Under the pieces are notes generated by a model. The model was not told the DNA's origin, searched no databases, and saw only the letters and a list, made by a program, of their open reading frames with translations. A program made the position numbers and the translations under genes. Positions 1-9,126 of a stretch of DNA of 38,732 nt are shown here, in pieces; the first letter of the stretch is position 1; each line of letters opens with the position of its first letter. The stretch spans positions 11,589 to 50,320 of the forward strand of contig MHPU01000020.1 in assembly GCA_001820485.1 (NCBI GenBank), written 5' to 3'. Source of the DNA: Candidatus Staskawiczbacteria bacterium RIFOXYD1_FULL_32_13. Lineage in GTDB: Bacteria; Patescibacteriota; Minisyncoccia; Minisyncoccales; Staskawiczbacteraceae.

Positions 1-1660
1 GTAAAACAATCGCTCTAAACTTTGTGATATAAGCTTTAACATCATCTCCTGGTTTTGGACTACAACATTTAGCAATGTTTATAAGCATTCCTTTTTGACC
101 TGCAATAAAAATATGTTGTGGTTTTTCTTTTATTATTTTTTGCTTTTCTTCTTTTCTTTTTTGAAACCTCTCTGTAATTTCTAATACTTTTTTTCTAATA
201 AAACTAGGAATTGGAATTTTAAATCCAGAGTTTTTTGCAGAAATAATTTTTTTAATATGACTTTTTGCCATATTTGTTTTTACAAATTTTAACCAATCTT
301 GTGATGGTTCTTTGTTTTTATTTGTTATAATTTCCACAACATCTGCATTTTCAAGCATATAAGATAATGGAACAATTTTACCTAAAATTTTAGCTGATTC
401 GCAATGATTCCCAATATCAGAATGTACAGCATATGCAAAATCAACAGGAGTTGAATCTTTTGGCAAAGAAATAATATCCCCTTTTGGCGTAAAAACAAAA
501 ACAAAATCTTCAAAAAAATCTATTTTAAATGTTTCCCAGAATTTTGGAGTTTGAGCCACCCATTCAAATTTTTTACTATCTTTCTTTAAATCTATCTTTT
601 CTTTATAGCTCCAATGAGCACAAACTCCATATTCTGCTTCTTTATGCATATCTTGAGTTCTTATTTGAATTTCAGAAATATGATCTTTATCTAAGTAAAC
701 ACTAGTATGAAGTGATCTATATCCATTAATTTTTGGTTTAGCAATATAATCATCAATCTCTTCTGATATCGGCTTAAAATATTTATGTAATATCCCTAAG
801 GCTTTATAACAATCTGAGACTTCTTGTGTTATAATTCTAATAGCTACTAAATCATGGATTCTTTCGATATCCATATCTTTTTTTAAAAGCTTTCTATAGG
901 TTGACCAATAAGATTTTGCCCTATAATTTATCTCTATAAATTTTATTCTCTCTTTTTTTAAAATTCTATTTAATTTTGGAATAAATTTTCTAATATATTT
1001 TTCCCTTTCTTCATATTTTTCTTTTGTATTATTTTGAATCCATTTATATTTGTCTCCAAACAAATAGAAAAATGAGCCATCTTCAAGTAATCTTTTTATT
1101 TCTCCAAGCCCAAGTCTATTAGCTATAGGTACAAATATTTCTAAAGTTTCCAAAGAATATATTTTTCTCTGTTCTTCTGAAAGCGAAGCTAAATGTTCCA
1201 ATCCATCTAACCTAGAAACCAACTCAATTAATAGCACCCTTAAATCACCCGCTAAAGCTATAAATGTTTTTCTTAAATTCTCAATTTTTTCCTTTGTAAA
1301 AATCTTTTTTTCTTTTAAGTTAAGATTTAAGGAAAACCTTATTTTTCTTAAATTTGAAACTTTTTTAATTAAATCTGCAACCTCTATACTAAATTTTTTG
1401 CCAATTTCTTTTAATTCTGTTTCCTGAACTAAAGATAATTTATCATCAATAGCATCGTGCAATAAAGCTGTAATTAATGTTTTTTCATCAACTTTCATTT
1501 TATCTAAAAATAAAGCAACTCTTAATGCATGTTCTATATAATTTTCTCCAGATAGTCTTTTTTTGTCCTTATAAATTTCTTTAGCAAATTCAAAAGCTTC
1601 CAAAATTAATTTTGGATTTTCTTTGCCTTTTAGTAATTTTTCGATTGACAATTCTTTCAT
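1..1660 (-). CDS. rel: RelA/SpoT family (p)ppGpp synthetase; 3' end runs off the window
   Basis: Missing from the ORF track because it is open at the edge. Manual translation from the ATG at 1660 gives MKELSIEKLL..., ALLHDAIDD, RAKSYWSTYRK, IHDLVAIRII, EIQIRTQDMHKEAEYGVCAHWSYKE, the TGS motif FTPKGDIISLPKDSTPVDFAYAVHSDIG, and AKCCSPKPGD. Confidence 0.93.
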   Translation of the reverse strand, partial: MKELSIEKLLKGKENPKLILEAFEFAKEIYKDKKRLSGENYIEHALRVALFLDKMKVDEKTLITALLHDAIDDKLSLVQETELKEIGKKFSIEVADLIKKVSNLRKIRFSLNLNLKEKKIFTKEKIENLRKTFIALAGDLRVLLIELVSRLDGLEHLASLSEEQRKIYSLETLEIFVPIANRLGLGEIKRLLEDGSFFYLFGDKYKWIQNNTKEKYEEREKYIRKFIPKLNRILKKERIKFIEINYRAKSYWSTYRKLLKKDMDIERIHDLVAIRIITQEVSDCYKALGILHKYFKPISEEIDDYIAKPKINGYRSLHTSVYLDKDHISEIQIRTQDMHKEAEYGVCAHWSYKEKIDLKKDSKKFEWVAQTPKFWETFKIDFFEDFVFVFTPKGDIISLPKDSTPVDFAYAVHSDIGNHCESAKILGKIVPLSYMLENADVVEIITNKNKEPSQDWLKFVKTNMAKSHIKKIISAKNSGFKIPIPSFIRKKVLEITERFQKRKEEKQKIIKEKPQHIFIAGQKGMLINIAKCCSPKPGDDVKAYITKFRAIVL

Positions 1661-1679
1661 AAATTTATAATATCAAAAT

Positions 1680-2186
1680 ATGAAGAAAGAAGCTAATAAA
1701 AATAAAATTGAAAGTGTTGCAGTCTGGCTAATAATAGAAAATGGCAAAAATGCCAGCAAAGTTGCCCTGCAAAAAAGAAGTGAAAAAGATGGAAAAAAAG
1801 TTCAATCATTTCCTTTTATTTGCCAGCCAACTTTTAATGGAAAATTAGAAATAGGGGAAAGCGTAGAAAATGCTATGCAAAGGGAGGCAATGGAAGAATT
1901 AGGCAAAAATTTTAAATTGCCCAATGATTTGGGTTTGTTTGACACAGCAAAGTATGAATTTAAGGGCATTCTAGCTGTAAGCTATAATTTTTACGCCAAA
2001 ATTTCAGAAAAAGATTTACAAACCATTAAATTGCATTCTGCTGCAATGTCAGAATTAGTTTTTGTTGGCAAAGATGATTTATCAAAAATAAAAACTACTG
2101 AAGACAAAAATGCAAATCCCAAAAAAGAAATTGTAATGTTTAAGGACCAATATTTGGCAATAAAAAAATTATTTTCTATACTTTAA
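1680..2186 (+). CDS. NUDIX hydrolase
   Basis: Nudix box GKLEIGESVENAMQREAMEELG. Confidence 0.8.
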   Translation: MKKEANKNKIESVAVWLIIENGKNASKVALQKRSEKDGKKVQSFPFICQPTFNGKLEIGESVENAMQREAMEELGKNFKLPNDLGLFDTAKYEFKGILAVSYNFYAKISEKDLQTIKLHSAAMSELVFVGKDDLSKIKTTEDKNANPKKEIVMFKDQYLAIKKLFSIL

Positions 2187-2188
2187 TA

Positions 2189-4372
2189 TCATGTTTTAAA
2201 ATCACATTCTTTAGAAGAGCATTTGATAATGCCTTTTTTTGTTTCTACGAGAATTGATTTACATTTAGGACAAAAATCTGATTTACCATCTTTATTAATA
2301 AATGGCTTGTCCCAAACTGCAAAATCACATTTTGGATAAATACTACAACCATAAAATATTTTGCCACGTTTTGATTTTTTAAAAATAATTTGTCCTTCTT
2401 TACATTTTGGACAATCAATATTAAGACTTTTTACTTCTTTAGATTCTTTAGTTTCTAAAGATTCTGTATGTTTACATTCTGGGAAACCAGTACAAGCATA
2501 AAATCTACCAAATCTCCCCAATTTTTCTACCATAGGTTTTGCACACTCAGGGCAAATTTTATCTGTAGCAACATCTGTATTTTCTTTTTTAACTTCTTTA
2601 TATTTTTCTTCTAACTTTTTTGCAAAAGGTATATAAAAATCTTTTAAAGTTTTTTGCCAAGTATCTTTGCCTTCTGCAACTTCATCAAGCTCTTTTTCCA
2701 TTTTAGCTGTAAAATCAACATCTACAATTTCAGGAAAGTTTTCCATTAAAACATTATTTACCAAAACTCCCATTTCAGTTGGAAAAAATCTTTTTTGGTC
2801 ATTTTTATTTATATAGTTTCTAGTTTGTATTGTACTTAAAGTTGGGGCATAAGTTGAGGGCCTACCAATTCCAAATTTTTCAAGAGCTTTAATTAAGCTT
2901 GCTTCATTGAATCTTGGCGGTGGCTCTGTAAAATGCTGACTCGATTCAATTTTTACCAAATCAAGCTTTTCTTTTTCTTGCAAAACAGGAAGATCCGCCT
3001 CGCTAAACTTTGTAGGATAAACTTTGAGAAAACCATCAAACTTTAAAACTTGCCCCGACGCCCGAAAAGTATATTCACCGTCATTGCGAGGAGCTGGCGA
3101 CGAAGCAATCCCAGAGGTTGAGATTGCTTCGCTTCGCTCGCAATGACGAGAAGCAACAATATCCACGGTTGTAGCATCAAATATAGCAGAGCTCATTTGA
3201 CAAGCCACAAATCTTTGCCAAATTAAAGTATAAAGCTTTAATTGCTTTGCATCTATACCTCCCAATGATTCTGGAGTTATGACTGGGCGGGTAGGTCTTA
3301 TAGCTTCATGAGCTTCCTGTGCATTTTCCTTAGCTTTAAATTTTCTAAAATTATAATAATTTTCTCCAAATTTTTCTGTAATAAATTTTTTACTAGCTTC
3401 CAAAGACGTTTCTGAAAGATTTAAAGAATCTGTTCGGTGATAAGTAATATGCCCCTGTTCATAAAGTTTTTGAGCTAATTGCATTGTAAATTTTGCAGAA
3501 AAACCAAATTTATTTGAAGCTGTTTGTTGAAGCGTACTAGTTGTAAATGGAGCAAATGGATTTTTTTTAGTCTCTTTTTTTTCAACTTTTCCTATTATAT
3601 AATCTGAATTTTCTAAATCTTTTAAAATTTCATCTGCTTCTATTTGGTTTTTAATATCTAACTTTTCTATAGGTTTCCCATCTTTTTTTACCAAAGTCGC
3701 CACAAATTTCTCGTTGTCATTCCCGTGCAAACGGGAATCCAGAGTTAATTTTGCATTCTCTGGATACCCGCTTTCGCGAGTATGACACTTACAAAGTTCT
3801 GCTTGAACAGTCCAATATTCATCGGGCTTAAAAGCTTTAATTTCGTTTTCTCTATCTACAACAAGTCTAACTGCTACAGATTGAACTCTGCCTGCTGACA
3901 AACCTCTTGAAATCTTTTTCCACAAAAAAGGCGAAAGCTTATACCCAACTAATCTATCTAAAATTCTTCTTGATTGTTGAGAATTAACCAAAGCAATATC
4001 AATTTTTCTTGGATGTAAAATTGCTTCATTAATTGCATCTTCTGTAATTTCATGAAAAACAATTCTTTTTGGATCTTTTAATTTTAATGCTTCTGCTAAA
4101 TGCCAAGAAATTGCTTCTCCTTCGCGGTCTTCATCAGTAGCTAAAATAGTTTCTTCTGCTTTTGCTGATTCTTTTTTAAGCAAAGTTAAATTCTTTTTAG
4201 CTTTTGTTGGAATAATATATTTTGGCTCAAAATTATTTTCAACATCTACCCCAATCTCAGATTTTGGTAAATCTCTTACATGCCCCATAGAGGCTAAAAC
4301 TTTATAATCTTTACCCAAAAATGATTGAATATTTCTTCCTTTTGCAGGAGACTCAACTATAACTAATTTCAT
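2189..4372 (-). CDS. topA: DNA topoisomerase I with C-terminal Zn ribbons and two repeat-derived in-frame insertions
   Basis: LVIVESPAK, ATDEDREGEAI, SAGRVQS, active-site ITYHRTDS, GIGRPSTY, CxxC ribbons. Confidence 0.97.
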   Translation of the reverse strand: MKLVIVESPAKGRNIQSFLGKDYKVLASMGHVRDLPKSEIGVDVENNFEPKYIIPTKAKKNLTLLKKESAKAEETILATDEDREGEAISWHLAEALKLKDPKRIVFHEITEDAINEAILHPRKIDIALVNSQQSRRILDRLVGYKLSPFLWKKISRGLSAGRVQSVAVRLVVDRENEIKAFKPDEYWTVQAELCKCHTRESGYPENAKLTLDSRLHGNDNEKFVATLVKKDGKPIEKLDIKNQIEADEILKDLENSDYIIGKVEKKETKKNPFAPFTTSTLQQTASNKFGFSAKFTMQLAQKLYEQGHITYHRTDSLNLSETSLEASKKFITEKFGENYYNFRKFKAKENAQEAHEAIRPTRPVITPESLGGIDAKQLKLYTLIWQRFVACQMSSAIFDATTVDIVASRHCERSEAISTSGIASSPAPRNDGEYTFRASGQVLKFDGFLKVYPTKFSEADLPVLQEKEKLDLVKIESSQHFTEPPPRFNEASLIKALEKFGIGRPSTYAPTLSTIQTRNYINKNDQKRFFPTEMGVLVNNVLMENFPEIVDVDFTAKMEKELDEVAEGKDTWQKTLKDFYIPFAKKLEEKYKEVKKENTDVATDKICPECAKPMVEKLGRFGRFYACTGFPECKHTESLETKESKEVKSLNIDCPKCKEGQIIFKKSKRGKIFYGCSIYPKCDFAVWDKPFINKDGKSDFCPKCKSILVETKKGIIKCSSKECDFKT
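3080..3147. repeat. Palindromic element, family B (GTCATTGCGAG...CTCGCAATGAC), inside topA
   Basis: 11-bp terminal inverted repeat plus inner CGAAGCAATC/GATTGCTTCG; translated as RHCERSEAISTSGIASSPAPRND. Confidence 0.9.
3716..3786. repeat. Palindromic element, family A (GTCATTCCC...GGGAATCCAG...CTGGAT...ATGAC), inside topA
   Basis: Same layout as the copies at 9127, 16446 and 38305; translated as CHTRESGYPENAKLTLDSRLHGND. Confidence 0.9.
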
Positions 4373-4468
4373 AATTTTATTTTTAAATTTTAAATTTTGC
4401 CTTTTGAATTTGCTTTACTATATCATACAATTTTAAAAGCACCAAAAAAAACTCCTATCTTAAAAAAC

Positions 4469-4506
4469 AAAAATCCGCTTTAAATAAATCAAATAAGCGG
4501 ATTTTT
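4469..4506. terminator. Bidirectional intrinsic terminator-like hairpin
   Basis: AAAAATCCGCTT-loop-AAGCGGATTTTT. Confidence 0.6.
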
Positions 4507-4515
4507 ATTTTTCGC

Positions 4516-4541
4516 ATTCGCTCAGACCCGTGTGAGCGAAT
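4516..4541. repeat. 26-bp palindrome ATTCGCTCA-N8-TGAGCGAAT, copy 1
   Basis: Its reverse complement matches 6220-6245 at 25 of 26 positions. Confidence 0.8.
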
Positions 4542-4617
4542 AGCCTTATTTAGTATTTTGCATTGAAAACTCTCTAAGTGCCTGCAAATCCTGTTTTTTA
4601 TATTTTTGCTATTTATT

Positions 4618-5064
4618 TTACCAACCAAACTCACTATAAATAATGTTATTTTTAATATTTTCTAGAGCTGTTTTAATATACAGGATTATATTTTCTGGCA
4701 AATTAGACACATCAAACCATTTTAAATCATCACATTTATTTGGCTCTTTATTTTCAATATTTCCTTGCCACTTTTTACAAATAATAAAAGCATCTATCCA
4801 TTCATTATCTTTTGGTTCTTTTGTTATTCTATTCATTAAGTGAGCCATTTTTAAATCTTCTGATTTAATCGTTATTCCAATCTCTTCACTAGCTTCTCTG
4901 ATAACGCATTTACTAAATGACTCTCCCTTGTCTACTTTGCCTGCAACCATCATATATTTTCCATCTTCATAACCAGTATTAAATCTCCTTTGTAGCAAAA
5001 TTTTATTATCTTTTATCAAAACTAAATATGACGCTGGCACAATTTTATGTTTTTCATTTATCAT
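4618..5064 (-). CDS. NUDIX hydrolase (MutT-like)
   Basis: Nudix box GKVDKGESFSKCVIREASEEIG; EPNKCDDLKWF. Confidence 0.88.
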   Translation of the reverse strand: MINEKHKIVPASYLVLIKDNKILLQRRFNTGYEDGKYMMVAGKVDKGESFSKCVIREASEEIGITIKSEDLKMAHLMNRITKEPKDNEWIDAFIICKKWQGNIENKEPNKCDDLKWFDVSNLPENIILYIKTALENIKNNIIYSEFGW

Positions 5065-5079
5065 AAATTTATTTTTAAT

Positions 5080-5526
5080 TTAATTATTTTTTACTCCTTT
5101 AATATTAATATCCTCTTCATATAGATCCGCACTGTTTAAAATATCATTACGCATAGATATAACAAATTGTTTATAAATAATATTTCTTTCATTTTTTGCT
5201 TCTTCCGTTTCTGATGTAGAAGTTTTAGCCATTGCTTCCAATAATTTATTAAAATTCCTAACGACATCAACAGATCCCCAAATTTGTATTTTTCTATAAT
5301 ATTCTAGTAATTTATCTGTATATTTATTTGATTCTTCTTCATTAACAGTATCAAAAAATTTTGATAGTATTTCATGAACATTTACATATGCATCTCTTCT
5401 ATATTCCATCATTCTAATATGCCTGTCTAAATTTTTATTTGACAAATAATTAACAAGACCTCCTGCTATTGCACCAATTATTCCACTAGGAACTACAATT
5501 AAAATAATAATTTGTAAAATATCCAT
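5080..5526 (-). CDS. Hypothetical protein with N-terminal membrane anchor and helical body
   Basis: 148-aa ORF with hydrophobic N-terminus; shares its 19-nt start region with the adjacent NUDIX gene. Confidence 0.7.
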   Translation of the reverse strand: MDILQIIILIVVPSGIIGAIAGGLVNYLSNKNLDRHIRMMEYRRDAYVNVHEILSKFFDTVNEEESNKYTDKLLEYYRKIQIWGSVDVVRNFNKLLEAMAKTSTSETEEAKNERNIIYKQFVISMRNDILNSADLYEEDINIKGVKNN

Positions 5527-5542
5527 AAATTTATTTTTAATT

Positions 5543-5579
5543 ATTATTTTATCTTACACCTTGAAGTTTTTTAGTCAAC
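5543..5579 (-). promoter_or_regulatory. Sigma70-like promoter, copy 1 of a 37-bp direct repeat
   Basis: Minus strand TTGACT-16 nt-TAAGAT; 34/37 identical to 6019-6055. Confidence 0.55.
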
Positions 5580-5599
5580 AACAATACAGCAAAATAAAT

Positions 5600-5636
5600 A
5601 AAAAAATCCGTACTGGTGCGAGAGCCGCCAGTACGG
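5600..5636 (-). terminator. Intrinsic terminator of the 5663-5968 ORF
   Basis: CCGTACTGG/CCAGTACGG stem followed by a T-tract on the minus strand. Confidence 0.7.
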
Positions 5637-5662
5637 TTTGAATTTTCGCGCTAAAACGCCGA

Positions 5663-5968
5663 CTATTGGTGAGCTCGGCGATATGCACGCTGAGCGTCTT
5701 CAGCCTCAAGCTCCCTTATTTCAGCAATCTTACGACGACGCGCATTATCGTCAAGATACTGACGCAACCTTTTTTTGCCCATCGAAAGCATCGCGAAATG
5801 ATCGAGATCGAGCGATGGATGAGAAACATCTTTTCTGATCCATAGACGGTACCACCACAACTTGATACCTGCGTTCCAAATCAAGCAACGAAGCTCGTGA
5901 AGCTTTTCACGCAACCCCCAACGAAAGAACAAAACCGTGTAATTCCACCACTTTCGCCAACTTTTCAT
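5663..5968 (-). CDS. Hypothetical Trp/Arg-rich protein, GC-richer cassette
   Basis: AAGGAG upstream of the ATG, promoter upstream, terminator downstream; these favour it over the antisense 5638-5838 ORF. Confidence 0.65.
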   Translation of the reverse strand: MKSWRKWWNYTVLFFRWGLREKLHELRCLIWNAGIKLWWYRLWIRKDVSHPSLDLDHFAMLSMGKKRLRQYLDDNARRRKIAEIRELEAEDAQRAYRRAHQ

Positions 5969-6018
5969 GATGTTTTCTCCTTATCAAGCGGATTTAATCA
6001 ACACAATCATTTACACAG

Positions 6019-6055
6019 ATTATTTTATATTACACCTTGAAAGTTTTTAGTCAAC
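6019..6055 (-). promoter_or_regulatory. Sigma70-like promoter, copy 2 of the 37-bp direct repeat
   Basis: Minus strand TTGACT-16 nt-TAATAT. Confidence 0.55.
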
Positions 6056-6170
6056 TCTTTACTATTTGGGCAATATAGCATCATAAATAACAAAAATATT
6101 AGAGTTATTATGATTGTAATAAATATAAAACAACCTGTATAGTGAAGAGTCAACTACAAAAACTACAACC

Positions 6171-6209
6171 AAAAATCCGTCCTAAGCGAAGTTAAATGGA
6201 CGGATTTTT
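6171..6209. terminator. Intrinsic terminator-like hairpin downstream of hppA
   Basis: AAAAATCCGTCC-loop-GGACGGATTTTT. Confidence 0.65.
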
Positions 6210-6219
6210 GTTTTTTTGT

Positions 6220-6245
6220 ATTCGCTCACACAGGTCTGAGCGAAT
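6220..6245. repeat. 26-bp palindrome ATTCGCTCA-N8-TGAGCGAAT, copy 2 (core inverted)
   Basis: Core CACAGGTC versus GACCCGTG in copy 1. Confidence 0.8.
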
Positions 6246-6256
6246 TGATTTATAAT

Positions 6257-8287
6257 TTAAATAATAAAAGCGACAATAAGCAAGGCTACAATGTTAAGCA
6301 CTTTAATCATTGGATTTATAGCTGGACCTGCGGTGTCTTTATAAGGGTCACCAACAGTATCTCCTGTAACTGCAGCTTGATGAGCAAAACTTCCTTTGCC
6401 TCCATAATTACCTTCTTCAATATATTTTTTAGCATTGTCCCAAGCAGCTCCGCCAGTTGTCATAGAAATACCCACAAAAATTCCTGTAACAATTGAACCA
6501 ATTAAAAGCCCTCCCAAAGCTTGAGGCCCTAAAATAAATCCTACTAAAACTGGAACCACTACTGGGATTAAAGCTGGAAGTAGCATTTCTTTAATAGCAG
6601 CTTTAGTAACAATATCAACACATTTGCCATATTCTGGTTTTGCTGTACCTTCCATCAAACCTTTTATTTCTCTAAATTGTCTTCTAATCTCTTCTACAAC
6701 TTTACCTGCTGTTTTACCTACTGCTTGCATTAAAAATGATGCAAATAAATATGGCAAAAGTCCCCCAATCAACAAACCTGCAATTACCATTGGATCATCT
6801 AAAATAAATCCCGGTCCTTTATTAAGCGATAATTCAGTAACTTTTTGCGAATATGCAGAAAACAACACCAAAGCAGCAAGTCCAGCTGAAGCAATCGCAT
6901 AACCTTTTGTTACAGATTTTGTTGTATTTCCAACTGAGTCTAAAGCATCTGTAATTTTTCTTGTTTCTTGTGGCATATCAGACATTTCGGCAATTCCGCC
7001 AGCATTGTCTGTGATTGGGCCATAAGCATCAACTCCTACAATAATTCCTGCAACTGAAAGCATTGCCATAACTGCCAAAGCCACTCCATAAATACCAGCA
7101 AGCCAAAAACTTACAATTGTAGCTAAAGCAATTAAAATTACAGGATAAGCAGTTGATTGCATCCCAATAGCAATACCTTTAATTATATTTGTTGCATGTC
7201 CTGTTTCAGATGCTTTTGCTAAACTTCTTACAGGACTGTATTTTTTTGAAGTATAATATTCTGTGATTACAAACATTAAAGCAGCTACAACAAGGCCAAC
7301 TAGTGTGGATAAATATAAATTCATTACAGAAACATTTTGTCCTGCCATTGTGTTAGATATTAAAGGATAAAATCCAATTGCTGATAAAACAATTGAAACT
7401 GCTACTCCTTTATACATAGCTCCCATAATATTTTGAGTTTTGCCAAGCTTTACAAAAAAGCTTCCAATTATAGAAGTTAAAATTGAAACTGTTCCAATAA
7501 ATAATGGCAGTAAAATAAATTGTGTTTTTCCTGCAAAAAGCAAAGACCCCAAAATCATAGCAGCTACTGTTGTTACAGAATATGTTTCAAAAATATCAGC
7601 TGCCATTCCAGCACAGTCTCCAACATTATCTCCAACTTGATCAGCTATAACTCCCGGATTTCTTGGATCATCTTCTGGAATATTTTTTTCAACCTTGCCT
7701 ACTAAGTCAGCTCCTACATCTGCAGCTTTAGTATAAATACCTCCACCAATTCTAGCAAATACAGAAATTAAGCTAGCTCCAAATCCCAAAGCAATTAAAT
7801 ATTCTAAAGAGAATAAACTTTTTGATGTTACAAAATAAACGCAAGAAACAGCTAAGAGTCCAAATGATACAACCAAAAGTCCTGTTACCAAGCCACCTTT
7901 AAATGCTAAGTCTAAAGCAACCCCCATTCCTTTTCTTGCAGATTCAGCAACTCTTGTATTAGCTTGTGTTGAAATTAACATTCCTACAAAGCCAGAAAGT
8001 CCAGATAAAAATGCTCCAATTAAAAATGATAAAGCCATCCCAAATCCTACCCAAGCCCCTGATTGAAAACCAAAAAATATCCAAATTGCAAAAAACAAAA
8101 CAACAGCTACCATACCTATTGTTTTATATTGTCTTTTTAAATAAGACATTGCTCCTTCTTGAACTGCTTTTGTAATTTCAATAGCTTTGCCTTTAGCTAC
8201 TGGCATTTTATTTATTTTAGTTACCAAATAAAATACAAACGCAATTGCAAATAACGACACAATTATTGGCGAATATAGCAAAAACAT
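6257..8287 (-). CDS. hppA: Membrane-bound ion-translocating pyrophosphatase, probably K+-independent H+-PPase
   Basis: [49 protein letters not shown]; GNTTK at the K+-dependence position. Confidence 0.95.
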   Translation of the reverse strand: MFLLYSPIIVSLFAIAFVFYLVTKINKMPVAKGKAIEITKAVQEGAMSYLKRQYKTIGMVAVVLFFAIWIFFGFQSGAWVGFGMALSFLIGAFLSGLSGFVGMLISTQANTRVAESARKGMGVALDLAFKGGLVTGLLVVSFGLLAVSCVYFVTSKSLFSLEYLIALGFGASLISVFARIGGGIYTKAADVGADLVGKVEKNIPEDDPRNPGVIADQVGDNVGDCAGMAADIFETYSVTTVAAMILGSLLFAGKTQFILLPLFIGTVSILTSIIGSFFVKLGKTQNIMGAMYKGVAVSIVLSAIGFYPLISNTMAGQNVSVMNLYLSTLVGLVVAALMFVITEYYTSKKYSPVRSLAKASETGHATNIIKGIAIGMQSTAYPVILIALATIVSFWLAGIYGVALAVMAMLSVAGIIVGVDAYGPITDNAGGIAEMSDMPQETRKITDALDSVGNTTKSVTKGYAIASAGLAALVLFSAYSQKVTELSLNKGPGFILDDPMVIAGLLIGGLLPYLFASFLMQAVGKTAGKVVEEIRRQFREIKGLMEGTAKPEYGKCVDIVTKAAIKEMLLPALIPVVVPVLVGFILGPQALGGLLIGSIVTGIFVGISMTTGGAAWDNAKKYIEEGNYGGKGSFAHQAAVTGDTVGDPYKDTAGPAINPMIKVLNIVALLIVAFII

Positions 8288-8294
8288 AGTTTTT

Positions 8295-8365
8295 AAAATT
8301 TCAAATTACAAGCACCAAATTACAAACAAATTATTTGTGATTTGTGATTTGTAGTTTGTGATTTT
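8295..8365. repeat. Empty heptamer inverted-repeat element upstream of hppA
   Basis: CAAATTA-type units facing TTTGTGA-type units; 31 bp (8302-8332) identical to 27308-27338. Confidence 0.85.
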
Positions 8366-8407
8366 TTATTTAATTAGTATACCCCAAAAATTATCATAGG
8401 TAAACTC

Positions 8408-8436
8408 TTGACAATCCAAAATTTTTAGAGTAAATT
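8408..8436 (+). promoter_or_regulatory. Sigma70 promoter
   Basis: TTGACA-17 nt-TAAATT upstream of the 8482 ORF. Confidence 0.65.
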
Positions 8437-8481
8437 AAATTTGGTTTCGAAATTTAAGCAGACCTATTCGGAGGAAGTAGT

Positions 8482-9024
8482 ATGTTTCGCAAAATGCTTA
8501 TCATCGTTTTGGCACTTTGTTGTTTTGGCACAGGATTTAGGCTCTTTTCACATTTTTGTTCTTATGTGAGGTCAAAAGAACCTGCAACTTGGGAATTGGA
8601 ATTACCAACATTTGCAGGCAGGATCATTCCGCCAGAAAAGGTCGAAGAAGGAACCTTTGCCATCACAGTGGATTTTAGTGAAATCGGACACTGGGGTAAA
8701 GATGGCATTCTTACATGGGAACCTTTATTGAGAAGAAGTAAGATGGAGGGTATCAAAATCATCGCTTGGAGATCAGACCCTCAAACACCAGGTGCTTTTC
8801 AAAAAGCGGAGAAGTTCTTCCCTCAACCCCAGCACTGGAACTGGATGTTTTCATCTGGGAGGGCCAGCCAATCCGAAACACTAGGGCAAATAAATATCAC
8901 CCCGCAGGTTTCTATGTCGTGTTGCTTGGCGACTCTAGTGATATTTATTGTCACATTAGTCAGCTCACTGGTTTGTTTCCTTTGGCTAAAAAAGAAAACT
9001 GCCAGATGGTATCAACCCAAGTGA
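8482..9024 (+). CDS. Hypothetical membrane protein (N- and C-terminal hydrophobic segments), GC-richer cassette
   Basis: GGAGG before the ATG; own promoter and terminator. Confidence 0.7.
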   Translation: MFRKMLIIVLALCCFGTGFRLFSHFCSYVRSKEPATWELELPTFAGRIIPPEKVEEGTFAITVDFSEIGHWGKDGILTWEPLLRRSKMEGIKIIAWRSDPQTPGAFQKAEKFFPQPQHWNWMFSSGRASQSETLGQINITPQVSMSCCLATLVIFIVTLVSSLVCFLWLKKKTARWYQPK

Positions 9025-9052
9025 GATAGATCCACGCTACACATACCATATT

Positions 9053-9082
9053 ACCGCATGGTTCGCCCTGCGGTCTTTTTTT
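9053..9082 (+). terminator. Intrinsic terminator
   Basis: ACCGCA/TGCGGT stem followed by a T-tract. Confidence 0.6.
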
Positions 9083-9126
9083 ACAAAAAAAATCCGCTGG
9101 TTTTTTACCAACGGAATTTTTGCAAT

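Noticed and set aside
4546-4617. Possible orphan gene tail (...QKYKKQDLQALREFSMQNTK-stop) before the 26-bp palindrome
   Set aside because: Too short to assign without a homology search.
6025-6153. 42-aa hydrophobic ORF on the minus strand (LTLHYTGCFIFITIIITLIFLLFMM...)
   Set aside because: TTG start directly after a stop, no SD, overlaps a promoter; T-rich DNA gives hydrophobic peptides by chance.
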